Of a stretch of 64,000 nucleotides of DNA, positions 1 through 8,359 are shown piece after piece. This DNA comes from Candidatus Woesearchaeota archaeon (GTDB lineage: Archaea; Nanobdellota; Nanobdellia; Pacearchaeales; UBA284): the NCBI GenBank assembly GCA_964599615.1, contig CAZRGF010000005.1:6829-70828 (forward strand), in the 5' to 3' direction. The notes under the pieces are model-generated. The model had not been told where the DNA came from, ran no database searches, and worked only from the letters and a program-made list of their open reading frames with translations. The translations under genes were made by a program, and so were the position numbers. Position 1 is the stretch's first letter; each line of letters opens with the position of its first letter.

Positions 1-288
1 TTCACAAATAAGACTAACAATACGTGCAACTATTCTAGCATTTTCTGGATTAGTAGTCACTCTTAATTTTATACCCTTCACTGGATGTATTTGCGGTTGA
101 TGAGTTAAAGGTAAATGTACTTGTTCTTGGCTATAAGGCCCCCTCCAATGAATCCAACCATCTTCTCTGAAGTAGCTTGACTCATCAGAAAAATCATCTA
201 AAAAGTCTCCTCCTCTCTGAACTGTTTTTAATGCCTCTCTTATCTCATCTCTGATTGTTCCTTTTTCTGGAAGTTTAAACTTACTCAT
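1..288 (-). CDS. hypothetical protein (partial; continues beyond window start)
   Basis: Uninterrupted minus-strand frame from ATG (288-286) to nt 1 (MSKFKLPEKGTIRDEIREALKTVQRGGDF...). Missing from the ORF track, probably because it is truncated. No motif recognised. Confidence 0.45.
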   Translation of the reverse strand, partial: MSKFKLPEKGTIRDEIREALKTVQRGGDFLDDFSDESSYFREDGWIHWRGPYSQEQVHLPLTHQPQIHPVKGIKLRVTTNPENARIVARIVSLICE

Positions 289-346
289 TTTATTCTCTTT
301 TGGCACATAAGAAAGTTAATAAATCCAGATATTTAAAATCTTTTAT

Positions 347-492
347 GGGGCTATAATATAACTTGGTTAGTATACGTGCCTAGGGCGAGCCTCTTTTCTT
401 TGGAAAAAGAAAAGACCTTCGAGAGAAAAGAAACTAAAAATTCTCCTAATCTTAGAACGCACGCGATCTGGATTCGAATTCCAGTAGCCCCA
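347..492 (+). tRNA. intron-containing tRNA; anticodon reads AGG (Pro) if spliced at canonical 37/38, so the assignment is uncertain
   Basis: Acceptor GGGGCTA (347-353) pairs with TAGCCCC (485-491), plus A492. D arm ATAT/GTAT with a GG loop. Anticodon stem CGTGC (375-379)/GCACG (459-463). T arm CTGGA-TTCGAAT-TCCAG (468-484). A 72-nt insert (386-457) has bulge-helix-bulge geometry: 4-bp helix CTAG (380-383)/TTAG (452-455) flanked by 3-nt bulges GG|C and AA|C. The intron holds a 10-bp hairpin (392-415). Confidence 0.75.
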
Positions 493-507
493 TACTTTAT
501 AATTAAG

Positions 508-1311
508 ATGGAAGAAAAAATTTCAAGAAATGCTCAAGAAAACTATAAAGACACTACGAATCTTGGTGTTAGAAAGAACTTTAGCGCTAATAATGTAAGA
601 CCATATATTGATCTTAAAAAAGAAGTATTCTACATGTTAAATCTTCCAAATAACAAAAAAATTTTAGATGTTGCTTGTGGTTATGGGGATTTTCTTGTTC
701 TTTTAAAAGAAAGAGGCCATACAGGAGAATTATTTGGCGTGGATTTGTCAGAAAACTTTGTTAAAGAATCTAAAAAATCAAATCAAGATATAAACTTCTC
801 TGTGGCTAATGCGGAAAGTCTGCCTTTTGAAGATGAGACTTTTGATATAGTGCTTTGTAAACATTCTTTATACCATTTTGATGACATTCCAAAAGCAATT
901 AAAGAAATGTCCAGGGTTTTAAAAAAAGAAGGAAAATTGGTTATAACCTTGAATAGTCTAGCAAATGGATCCAGAGAGAAAATAGAAAAGTTTAAGGATT
1001 TGTTAGCAGAAGTCTTGCAGATAAATCATCTTGATAATAACAAGATAATAAATTTAGAAAATTATCACAAATATTTCAATGAATTCAAAATTTTAAAAGA
1101 AGTTAAGTTTTTTGGGTATATCAATCTAAAAGAAATTAAGACGTTAGTAGATTACATGAATACCTTAAAGGAGTTTTTTTATCCAGTCCCTTCTGAAATA
1201 AACTGGAAGGGGGCACTAAATTTAATTGAAAAAGAAGTTCAAAAAGAAATTGATAAAACTGGTTCTTATAAAGAGACTTGGGGTGCCGGTGTTATTTTGA
1301 TGAAGAAGTAA
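508..1311 (+). CDS. class I SAM-dependent methyltransferase
   Basis: Motif I LDVACGYGDF and the typical FDIVLCKHSLYHF and GKLVIT strands. Start moved to ATG 508 because the track start (GTG 376) lies inside the tRNA at 347-492. Confidence 0.85.
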   Translation: MEEKISRNAQENYKDTTNLGVRKNFSANNVRPYIDLKKEVFYMLNLPNNKKILDVACGYGDFLVLLKERGHTGELFGVDLSENFVKESKKSNQDINFSVANAESLPFEDETFDIVLCKHSLYHFDDIPKAIKEMSRVLKKEGKLVITLNSLANGSREKIEKFKDLLAEVLQINHLDNNKIINLENYHKYFNEFKILKEVKFFGYINLKEIKTLVDYMNTLKEFFYPVPSEINWKGALNLIEKEVQKEIDKTGSYKETWGAGVILMKK

Positions 1312-1353
1312 TTCTAGCAACATTTAAAAGTAACAAATATTTTTAAAACCTAT

Positions 1354-1429
1354 AGCGGGGTGGAGCAGCCTGGAGTGCTCGCAAGGCCCATAACCTTGAG
1401 GTCGCGTGGTTCAAATCCCGCCCCCGCTA
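1354..1429 (+). tRNA. tRNA-Met (CAT), initiator-like (A1:U72)
   Basis: Acceptor AGCGGGG/CCCCGCT with an A1:U72 pair. D arm GAGC-agcctggagt-GCTC. Anticodon arm CAAGG-CCCATAA-CCTTG. T arm GCG(T)GG-TTCAAAT-CCCGC. Discriminator A at 1429. Confidence 0.85.
1416..1429. repeat. attL core (TCCCGCCCCCGCTA), the last 14 nt of tRNA-Met
   Basis: Identical 14-mer at 9187-9200. The next 14 nt are also 9/14 similar. Confidence 0.8.
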
Positions 1430-1488
1430 TTCCTACTCTTTTCCCATTCAGACTATATCTTTATAAATGTCATTAAACTAAGGATTAT

Positions 1489-2601
1489 ATGAAGAGAGAT
1501 CCTTATAAAAATCAAGAGAGATGGACTAGTTGGAAAGAGAAACATTTTAAGCATAATCCTAAGGGCATTAGAAAAGAAGATTGGGTGATTCTTGTTAAAT
1601 TCTTAAAGGATATGGAGCTGGGGCTTAACACTCCAAAAGGAATGAAAGGTCAGAGAGATGTTGGAACTCTGTTAAACTTATCTGCTCATAATCAATTGTT
1701 CTTAAAGAATTTTAGCAAACCACTAACAAAAATAACTAAGATTGACTTACACAATCTAGAGAAAGATATAACACAAGGCAAGATCCTCAAAAGAAACAAA
1801 CAAAAATTTGGGGCTTTTGGGAACTATGTTAAAGATTTTAAGGTTTTTTGGCATTGGGGAATAAGAACTAAAGTCTTTAAAGAGGATGTAACTGAAGATA
1901 TTACAAGCAAAACAGATAAGCCCGATTGGGTTTATCTAACAGAAGAACAGATTAAGCAGTTTTTTAACAAATTAGATTTTGAACATAAAGTTTACTGTTT
2001 CTTCTTGCTGGACTCTGGTATGCGAGTCACTGAAGCGAACAGCATCCAGATTAATAATTTTTCTAAAGAGTTTACACAAGTTACTATTCCTGATGAAGTT
2101 TCAAAGACATTTGGCAGAACGATAAACTTAAAGCTTTCAACTCAATTCATAAAAGAATTTGTTAAAGAGAAAGGTCTCAAGGATGATGACTTCTTATTCC
2201 AACAAAAGCCATTTTCAATAAATAAATATCTTCATTATCATGCTAAAAAGATATTCGGAGACAAGGTAAGCCATCCAAAAGCTAAGGGAAATTACAAGGA
2301 TTTTACTATGTATGATATTCGACACAATTCTGCTTGTTACTGGTTTAATAGATACCCTACAGCAAAAGGTTTAATGTACAGACTGGGTTGGAGAAAACCT
2401 GATAAGATAGAGTATTACTCTGGATTTCTAGGCGTTGCAGATGAAATAAAAGATAGTGACATGATAATCGGAGAGGATAAAACTAAGTTATATCAATTAG
2501 AAGAGAAAAACAAGCAATTAGAAAAATCTGTTGCGGAAACAACAAAAGCGATTGATCTTTTAAGAAAACAGTTCAAAAAAATTGAATCGGAGATGAAGTA
2601 G
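1489..2601 (+). CDS. tyrosine recombinase / phage-type integrase
   Basis: Catalytic-domain signatures DSGMRVTEA (Arg box), YDIRHNSACYW (H-x-x-R) and a C-terminal IEYYSG Tyr region. Lies 60 nt downstream of the tRNA target. Confidence 0.85.
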   Translation: MKRDPYKNQERWTSWKEKHFKHNPKGIRKEDWVILVKFLKDMELGLNTPKGMKGQRDVGTLLNLSAHNQLFLKNFSKPLTKITKIDLHNLEKDITQGKILKRNKQKFGAFGNYVKDFKVFWHWGIRTKVFKEDVTEDITSKTDKPDWVYLTEEQIKQFFNKLDFEHKVYCFFLLDSGMRVTEANSIQINNFSKEFTQVTIPDEVSKTFGRTINLKLSTQFIKEFVKEKGLKDDDFLFQQKPFSINKYLHYHAKKIFGDKVSHPKAKGNYKDFTMYDIRHNSACYWFNRYPTAKGLMYRLGWRKPDKIEYYSGFLGVADEIKDSDMIIGEDKTKLYQLEEKNKQLEKSVAETTKAIDLLRKQFKKIESEMK

Positions 2602-2605
2602 GAGA

Positions 2606-3133
2606 TTATTTATCCAGTATTTTTCTCCTTCCTCTTGTTTCTTTTCGGGGTTTGGTTGATTCTTCATACTTCCTTTTTATCTCTTGTTCTTTTTCTTCAA
2701 TTACTCGTTTTATATCCCTTAGTTTAATCTGTTTATCAATTTCACTAAGTTTTTTTATCTCGGGTATTACGGGTACGGACATTACTCTATAAAAACCGAC
2801 CAATGAGAAAATTTTGTGAGGTTGGGATTCTTTATCAATTTCTATAGCGTTGCATTTTAGAAGCATCTTTACAAAATATTTTGCAGTAGTATACTTTAAA
2901 CCCAAATATTTCATTAACCCTTGATATGAAACTTCTTTCACAACTGAAAGAAGAATAAGAATTCTATGGCATTCACTTGGCAATTTAGGTATGAGTTGGA
3001 TTTGTGGGGGTAGTGTTTTATCTGGAATAATACTAACACTTTTCATTAAAAGATATTCTTTCATACTCTGAATAGAAATAACTCTCTCTTGTGATAAATC
3101 GATTAAAGCGAGATACTTCTCTTTTTCATTCAT
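2606..3133 (-). CDS. putative winged-helix DNA-binding protein of the element
   Basis: Segment HRILILLSVVKEVSYQGLMKYLGLKYTTAKYFVKMLLKCNAIEI is wHTH-like, with a basic coiled-coil tail. It is the only minus-strand gene in the element and is divergent from the RHH gene, a switch-like layout. Confidence 0.4.
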   Translation of the reverse strand: MNEKEKYLALIDLSQERVISIQSMKEYLLMKSVSIIPDKTLPPQIQLIPKLPSECHRILILLSVVKEVSYQGLMKYLGLKYTTAKYFVKMLLKCNAIEIDKESQPHKIFSLVGFYRVMSVPVIPEIKKLSEIDKQIKLRDIKRVIEEKEQEIKRKYEESTKPRKETRGRRKILDK

Positions 3134-3272
3134 AATTGTTTAAACAACGAGGACTTATAAGTTTTTGGATTAATAAGTCACTATTTAATAGTAGAGTATT
3201 TTTTCCAAAAGATTTAAATATAACCTAATACTTAAAACTATGCAAAGATATAGTTAACTATAATCTAGCTAG

Positions 3273-3428
3273 ATGAAAATGATAAAACAAACTTCAATAA
3301 TTTTACAAGAAGATCAGAAGAGGCAATTAGATGAGATGGCAAAGAACGAAGATAGAACTAGATCACAATTAATTAGAATCGCAATAAAAAAACTTTTAGA
3401 GGAAAAGAAAAATGAAACAAGAAACTGA
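3273..3428 (+). CDS. ribbon-helix-helix (CopG/Arc-like) protein, 51 aa
   Basis: Not in the track (below 60 aa). MKMIKQTSIILQEDQKRQLDEMAKNEDRTRSQLIRIAIKKLLEEKKNETRN fits the beta-strand plus two-helix RHH pattern. Confidence 0.6.
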   Translation: MKMIKQTSIILQEDQKRQLDEMAKNEDRTRSQLIRIAIKKLLEEKKNETRN

Positions 3429-3603
3429 GATGATTTGGATTTCAAGAGAAAAGAGAGACAGAATTTTAAGATTATGTGAAGAAGCTTTGGAAAAAACCAA
3501 GCAGTATGAGTCAACGGATTCGTTGATTTTTGAGGCGGTGCAGAAGAATGCACCCTATAGAATTGGAAAAGCAGGAGACCAGGAGAATCAAACGAGATTT
3601 TGA
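3412..3603 (+). CDS. hypothetical protein
   Basis: Same strand as its neighbours and overlaps the RHH gene end. No motif recognised. Confidence 0.4.
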   Translation: MKQETEMIWISREKRDRILRLCEEALEKTKQYESTDSLIFEAVQKNAPYRIGKAGDQENQTRF

Positions 3604-3682
3604 TATAGAACCCACAAAAGAACAAGATTTAGAGCGACTTGAAAATCGTCGCTTTATAAAACAACAATTAGGAGAATAAAAA

Positions 3683-3892
3683 ATGAGTGAACAAAGTCAA
3701 AGCAAAAACAAAGACATTTTCGAAAAATTCTTTGGGAAATTTGTAAAAGTCATCTATCGAGATGGATCCCAACTAGCCGTTGCTAAGGGCGTATTAGAAC
3801 AAGCTGATAAGGAGTTTCTTTTTATTCATGGTGATTTTTCCAAAAAGATTATTTCTAAAACACAAATTGAAAAAATGGAGATACAAGAATGA
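3683..3892 (+). CDS. hypothetical small protein (possibly a small beta-barrel)
   Basis: GGAG-like site upstream and an ATGA overlap with the next ORF. KFVKVIYRDGSQLAVAKGVLEQADKEFLFIHG is Sm-like in pattern only. Confidence 0.45.
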   Translation: MSEQSQSKNKDIFEKFFGKFVKVIYRDGSQLAVAKGVLEQADKEFLFIHGDFSKKIISKTQIEKMEIQE

Positions 3893-4014
3893 AATATAAT
3901 TTTCAACGGATTCAAGCAGCTATGAAAGAAATAGAACAAGAAGCAAAACAAAAAGAGCAGAATGAACTCTGGCAACAAGCCACGAAAGAACTAAATCTGG
4001 TGATGTTAAAATGA
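3889..4014 (+). CDS. hypothetical 41-aa protein
   Basis: ATGA overlaps on both sides (3889-3892 and 4011-4014) link 3683-3892 to the MCM gene. Helical, charged sequence. Confidence 0.35.
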   Translation: MKYNFQRIQAAMKEIEQEAKQKEQNELWQQATKELNLVMLK

Positions 4015-6050
4015 CTAAAGAATCAGATGAACCCCTAAGCCCAGAAGAAATACAAAAAAAAGCAGAAGGTACACCCTTTAAAGAGTTTGCAAAACAAAAT
4101 TTTCCCACAGAAGAACAAAGATACAAAAAAATTAAACTTTCTGATCTAAATGCGAGTTTTATAAATCAAAATGTTTCTATTGATTGCCAGATTGTTGGAG
4201 AACAATCTCAAAAAGCACTTTGCATTAAAGGAAATTTCGAATGTCCTTCTTGTGGAAGCAGAATAACTATTGACTATACTTCACAAGAAGATAAACTTTT
4301 GTTTTTATCCGAACTTCCCGAACCTTCAAGATGTAGTTGCGGAAGAAAAGCAGGTTTTAAGTCAATTGAAAAGGAATTTATTAATTTTTCAATTATTCAT
4401 GTTAGAGATTTGTTAGATAGAGAAATTTTAACTGCTGTCAAAAGATATGAGGCAAAAACAGTTTATGTTATACATCAAACATTACCTAACGCAAAAACAA
4501 TTAATCTTAAAGGAAAAGTTTTTCTTGAGCCTAAAACAAAAAATATCTCGGTGGTATGTGATATTATTCAAAAATTAGAAAATCAGATTGAGGATTTTAA
4601 AATAACTGATCAGTTTAAAGAAAATTCAAAAAAATATTTCAAACCAACTAAAGAAGATCCAAAAGATAATCTTTTCAAACAGATTAACCCCGATATTGTA
4701 GGAAAAGCCAGAGAAACTGCGAAACAATCTGTAATGCTTCAACTTCATTCTCCTTGTAAAATTTCCGACATTACAAAAACAAAACTTATTCGTGGTGGTT
4801 TGAATGATATTTTTTATGGTGATACAAAATGTGCAAAATCAGAAATTGCGAAAGACATAACTCAAAAAGGTTCTATGCCTTTAGGAGAATATACTAGTTG
4901 CGAAACTGGTGGGAGAACTGGTTTTCTTTATACAATTGATAACGATAAGGGTTCTTTAATCTGGGGCAGTCTGCCTTTAAATGATATGGGGCTTGTTGTT
5001 TTTGATGGGCTTCAGTCTATGCACTCAGAAGAGCTTGGAGAATTTAGAGAGGCAATTGAGGGGCAAGAGATCATTGTTAGAAGAAGTATTTCTGGAGAGG
5101 CTCTCGCACGAACAAGAATTCTCGGCTCTCTAAATCCAAACAAACCAATGGTTAATTACATTTACAAATGCCAAGCTCTTCAAGATACATATGTCTTTTC
5201 TAAATCACCCGACTTTACAAGATGGGATTTGTTCATCCCATTTAGTCAAAGAGATGTTTCAGGTAAGGAAATAGCTCATAGACAATCAGAAGATAAACCA
5301 ATTCCCAAAGATGTTTTTATGCAGCATGTTTATTGGGCTTGGAGCAGAAAACCAGAGCAGATAATTTATACTGACTCTGCAATAAATAAGATAAAAGAAG
5401 AATCAGAGTATTTTATAGAAAATTATTCTCTTGAAACTTTGCCAATAGTTCATAATGGAGTCAGAGACATTATAACTAGGCTGTCTGTGGCTATGGCTTG
5501 TTTAATGCACTCAACAGATTCAACAAGCGAAAAGGTTATTGTTGAAACCGAGCATGTTGAAAAATCTATCAATTGGTATAAACAAGTCTTAGACATGCTT
5601 GAACTTGCAGAATATAAACAGGATACAGAAGGCAAGTCAGAACTTACAGATAATGAATGTGTTAAAATTTCTTCAGAGTTAGGAGAAATAGAACTAAGAA
5701 TTTTACAAGAGATTAAACACGAACCTAAAAGTTCAACACAGTTAGCAGGTTTGTTTGAACTCTCTGATCGAACAATAAAAGAGCATTATAAACTTTTGAA
5801 AAAACATGAATTAATAGACACCAAAACAAAACAGGGCATTTCTTTATCTGTCAGGGGGGTTAAATTTGTTAGATGGGGTATGTTAAGTATTGGTGAAATA
5901 GGGAAGAAAACCTTCACCACAAAAAACATTGGTGAAGAAAAACTTCCCCAATGCACTAATGAAAAAGGCATAGGTGAAATAAAAAACCTTGAATATGATC
6001 CAGAAGTTGAAATCATAAAAATCAATTCAAAAGAGGAGAAACAAGAATGA
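4011..6050 (+). CDS. MCM-family AAA+ replicative helicase with N-terminal zinc ribbon and C-terminal wHTH
   Basis: CPSCGS...CSCG zinc motif. Walker A YGDTKCAKSE (compare MCM GDPGxxKSQ). Walker B-like LVVFDG. Sensor-1-like RILGSLNP. Arginine-finger region FTRWDLF (compare SRFDL). Confidence 0.8.
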   Translation: MTKESDEPLSPEEIQKKAEGTPFKEFAKQNFPTEEQRYKKIKLSDLNASFINQNVSIDCQIVGEQSQKALCIKGNFECPSCGSRITIDYTSQEDKLLFLSELPEPSRCSCGRKAGFKSIEKEFINFSIIHVRDLLDREILTAVKRYEAKTVYVIHQTLPNAKTINLKGKVFLEPKTKNISVVCDIIQKLENQIEDFKITDQFKENSKKYFKPTKEDPKDNLFKQINPDIVGKARETAKQSVMLQLHSPCKISDITKTKLIRGGLNDIFYGDTKCAKSEIAKDITQKGSMPLGEYTSCETGGRTGFLYTIDNDKGSLIWGSLPLNDMGLVVFDGLQSMHSEELGEFREAIEGQEIIVRRSISGEALARTRILGSLNPNKPMVNYIYKCQALQDTYVFSKSPDFTRWDLFIPFSQRDVSGKEIAHRQSEDKPIPKDVFMQHVYWAWSRKPEQIIYTDSAINKIKEESEYFIENYSLETLPIVHNGVRDIITRLSVAMACLMHSTDSTSEKVIVETEHVEKSINWYKQVLDMLELAEYKQDTEGKSELTDNECVKISSELGEIELRILQEIKHEPKSSTQLAGLFELSDRTIKEHYKLLKKHELIDTKTKQGISLSVRGVKFVRWGMLSIGEIGKKTFTTKNIGEEKLPQCTNEKGIGEIKNLEYDPEVEIIKINSKEEKQE

Positions 6051-6250
6051 GATCAAAAGCAATTCAATCTTCAATCAGATGTAAATATTGTAAAGGAACA
6101 GGCGAGATCCTAGTTTTTTATAGAGATTGTGCTGAATGCGGTAAAACTTTCAAAACTTTCCGTAAACATAAAATATTTTGTTCCAGATTATGCCAAACTA
6201 AACATCAAAATAAAAAAAATGGAAGAAAAAGAAGAGAAGAAACTAAGTGA
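6047..6250 (+). CDS. zinc-ribbon protein
   Basis: CKYCKGTG...CAECGKTF...CSRLC cysteine pairs and a basic tail. ATGA overlap with the MCM gene. Confidence 0.5.
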   Translation: MRSKAIQSSIRCKYCKGTGEILVFYRDCAECGKTFKTFRKHKIFCSRLCQTKHQNKKNGRKRREETK

Positions 6251-6464
6251 AGAAGAATTAAAAGAACGGCTAGAGAAGTTTAAAGATTTTGCAGGAAGCT
6301 ACATCGAGGTTAGTTCTGAAGGTGTGATTGTCCATTCTGTCGGTCAGAACTCACTCAGGAATGTTGAAGAGACTTTAAACAGACTTATGAAAACTCACCG
6401 ATCCTTTATGCTTCGAAAACAAAAACGAAATAAATTTTGTCCTTCGAGTTCGGGAATAGGATAG
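6219..6464 (+). CDS. hypothetical protein (81 aa)
   Basis: Internal ATG of track ORF 6129-6464 (MEEKEEKKLSEEELKERLEKF...). The upstream part of that ORF overlaps the zinc-ribbon gene out of frame. Confidence 0.4.
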   Translation: MEEKEEKKLSEEELKERLEKFKDFAGSYIEVSSEGVIVHSVGQNSLRNVEETLNRLMKTHRSFMLRKQKRNKFCPSSSGIG

Positions 6465-6475
6465 GATAGCTTAAA

Positions 6476-6730
6476 ATGGAAAATCAATCAGAAACAAAGT
6501 TGAAAAAGAATTATCGAATACGAATCTGCCTTTCTCATGATGAACTTGATCGGATAATTCAAAGTGCAAGTCTTTTATCTCTTTCTTTAAGTGCGTATTG
6601 CCGAATGGCTGCTCTTTCAAGAGTTTACTCTGTCAATACTAATGAAAATAATCCAGAAGAATTTGAAAGGGGGGTTAAAAATGGAAACAGAAACAGAAAT
6701 TGTAAAAACCAAAAAGAAAACCAAGACTAA
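6476..6730 (+). CDS. RHH-type DNA-binding protein, MobC / relaxosome-accessory-like
   Basis: KKNYRIRICLSHDELDRIIQSASLLSLSLSAYCRMAALS matches the pattern R-x-V-R-L-T-x2-E-x3-L-x3-A-x4-S-x-S-x-Y-x-R seen in MobC/RHH proteins. Confidence 0.45.
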   Translation: MENQSETKLKKNYRIRICLSHDELDRIIQSASLLSLSLSAYCRMAALSRVYSVNTNENNPEEFERGVKNGNRNRNCKNQKENQD

Positions 6731-6944
6731 AGGAGAGGAATATCTGTTTAAACAATCTAGCATGAGGAAATTGTTCAAAAAACATGACTTACGATTGAGA
6801 CAATCAGCAATTATGGTATTAAATAAAAATTTTGAAGCAGAGACCATTCAAATTATAGAAAAGTCAAAAGAATTAATGAACTTTAGTCAAAGGCAACTAA
6901 TAGGAGTTAAGGAAATTAACTTTATCTTGTCAAAGAAAGAATAA
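6681..6944 (+). CDS. possible histone-fold (HMf-like) DNA-binding protein, 87 aa
   Basis: Internal ATG preceded by GGGGGT. MRKLFKKHDLRLRQSAIMVLNKNFEAETIQIIEKSKELMNFSQRQLIGVKEINFIL aligns by eye with archaeal histone [56 protein letters not shown]. Confidence 0.4.
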   Translation: METETEIVKTKKKTKTKGEEYLFKQSSMRKLFKKHDLRLRQSAIMVLNKNFEAETIQIIEKSKELMNFSQRQLIGVKEINFILSKKE

Positions 6945-6973
6945 ATCAAGAAAACTAGAAAATTGTTTAAATT

Positions 6974-6991
6974 TTAGGGTAAATTAGGGTA
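6974..6991. repeat. two direct TTAGGGTA repeats 10 bp apart (iteron-like)
   Basis: TTAGGGTA at 6974-6981 and 6984-6991, in the 280-nt non-coding gap of the element. Confidence 0.5.
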
Positions 6992-7085
6992 CATTCCCGT
7001 GATTCGGGTGTTTTCCATGCCACTAAGTACTATATTATACTTAATTTTTAGTCTTGAGAAATTATTTTTTTGCTTTAAGTCTCTT

Positions 7086-7109
7086 TTTTTGCTGATTTCT
7101 CAGCAAAAA
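7086..7109. repeat. perfect 10-bp inverted repeat TTTTTGCTGA-tttc-TCAGCAAAAA
   Basis: Read directly from the sequence. Could be a terminator or an origin or recombination-site element. Confidence 0.6.
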
Positions 7110-7224
7110 TTAAATAAATAAAATGCGATTGAATTAATTTTAGAGATGTTTAAATTAATTGATAGAAATGAATTATTAAACAGGGCTTAATCCGTTACAA
7201 TTAAACAGCAAACAATTATCAAAA

Positions 7225-7773
7225 ATGAAATGCGTATTATACCTAAGATGTTCAACAGACGAAATTAAACAAGACATAAACAATCAGAGAGAACCTTTGA
7301 TTAAGTTAGCTCAGGCTTTAGACTTAGAAGTAATAAAAGAATATATCGATTATGCTTCTGGTGGCAATTCTAACAGACCACAATTCCAACAGATGCTTCA
7401 AGATGCAAAGCAGCATAAGTTTGATATTGTTTTAGTCTGGGCTTTAGATAGATTTTCAAGAGAGGGGATCCTTAACACATTAAGCTATCTGAAAACATTA
7501 AAACAAAATAGGGTTGCTCTAAAGTCTTTACAGGAGTCTTGGCTTGATACGAGAGACGAAGGGATAGGAGAACTTCTCATAGCGATCTTTAGCTGGGTTG
7601 CTAATCAGGAAAAGAAAAGAATCTCTGAAAGAATTAAAGCTGGACTTAAAGGAAAACAGAATGTAGGCAAGAGAGGACATGATAAAAAGGTTAGAAGAAA
7701 ATCTGGCTATCTTCTAAGATGGCAGAAGGATAAACAAACACCCCCCATAAAAAACCCTACGAATCAAGTATAA
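7225..7773 (+). CDS. small serine recombinase (resolvase/invertase catalytic domain)
   Basis: YLRCSTDE (catalytic Ser), NRPQFQQML, ALDRFSREG and EKKRISERIKAGL motifs. Short basic C-terminus without an obvious HTH. Confidence 0.85.
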   Translation: MKCVLYLRCSTDEIKQDINNQREPLIKLAQALDLEVIKEYIDYASGGNSNRPQFQQMLQDAKQHKFDIVLVWALDRFSREGILNTLSYLKTLKQNRVALKSLQESWLDTRDEGIGELLIAIFSWVANQEKKRISERIKAGLKGKQNVGKRGHDKKVRRKSGYLLRWQKDKQTPPIKNPTNQV

Positions 7774-7840
7774 ACTTTACTCAGTAAATAAACAGATGTT
7801 TATTTAGTAAGGTTTAAATTCTTAAATAAACTAAAGAGAT

Positions 7841-8359
7841 ATGGGAATAAAAGAATCAATTAAAAACTTCTTTAAAGAATCAGAGCAAGAAGAATCTGAA
7901 ACCAAAAAAAGAAGTGAAGAATTTAAAAAAATAGAAGAATGGAGAAAGGGGGCAGATTTGGTGCATCAGATAATTCTCCCAAAAAATAAAAAAATCTCTG
8001 TAGAAGAGGTTTCAAAAGAATTTATGTCTGAACTTAGCATCACTGGGTTAAAACCGACCAGAAAGAAGGATTGTATACAATATAACTTTGGACAAAAATT
8101 ATCAGGGTTTTCTGGTAAGACAAGTTTTGAAATAAATGAAGATACAATTCTTGTAAGAACAAAAACAAGTTATGCCTTAATTAATGTTGGGACGGTTCTT
8201 TTAGGATTTGCTGGCGGATTGGGTGCTAAAGCAAGTGCTGAAGGGAATTCTAACAATCAACAAAATTTAAATGAAGAAGTAACTAAAATTTTAGAAAATA
8301 TTTCAAAGAGAAATGGCTGGAAGTTGAGTATTAAATATTCCTATGGCAAGACATACTAA
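7841..8359 (+). CDS. hypothetical protein with one hydrophobic Gly-rich segment
   Basis: ORF with upstream AGAGA; ALINVGTVLLGFAGGLGAKA segment. No motif recognised. Confidence 0.45.
   Translation: MGIKESIKNFFKESEQEESETKKRSEEFKKIEEWRKGADLVHQIILPKNKKISVEEVSKEFMSELSITGLKPTRKKDCIQYNFGQKLSGFSGKTSFEINEDTILVRTKTSYALINVGTVLLGFAGGLGAKASAEGNSNNQQNLNEEVTKILENISKRNGWKLSIKYSYGKTY

Noticed and set aside
376-507. N-terminal 44 codons of track ORF 376-1311 (GTG start)
   Set aside because: This stretch lies entirely inside the intron-containing tRNA (347-492). The methyltransferase most plausibly starts at ATG 508.
3314-3625. 103-aa minus-strand ORF
   Set aside because: It is antisense to the RHH gene and ORF 3412-3603. 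Its F/S/L-rich composition is typical of a shadow frame in AT-rich DNA.
6129-6218. Upstream extensions of track ORFs 6129-6464 and 6591-6944
   Set aside because: The extensions overlap the preceding genes out of frame. Internal ATGs at 6219 and 6681 (the latter preceded by GGGGGT) fit the coupled gene spacing better.
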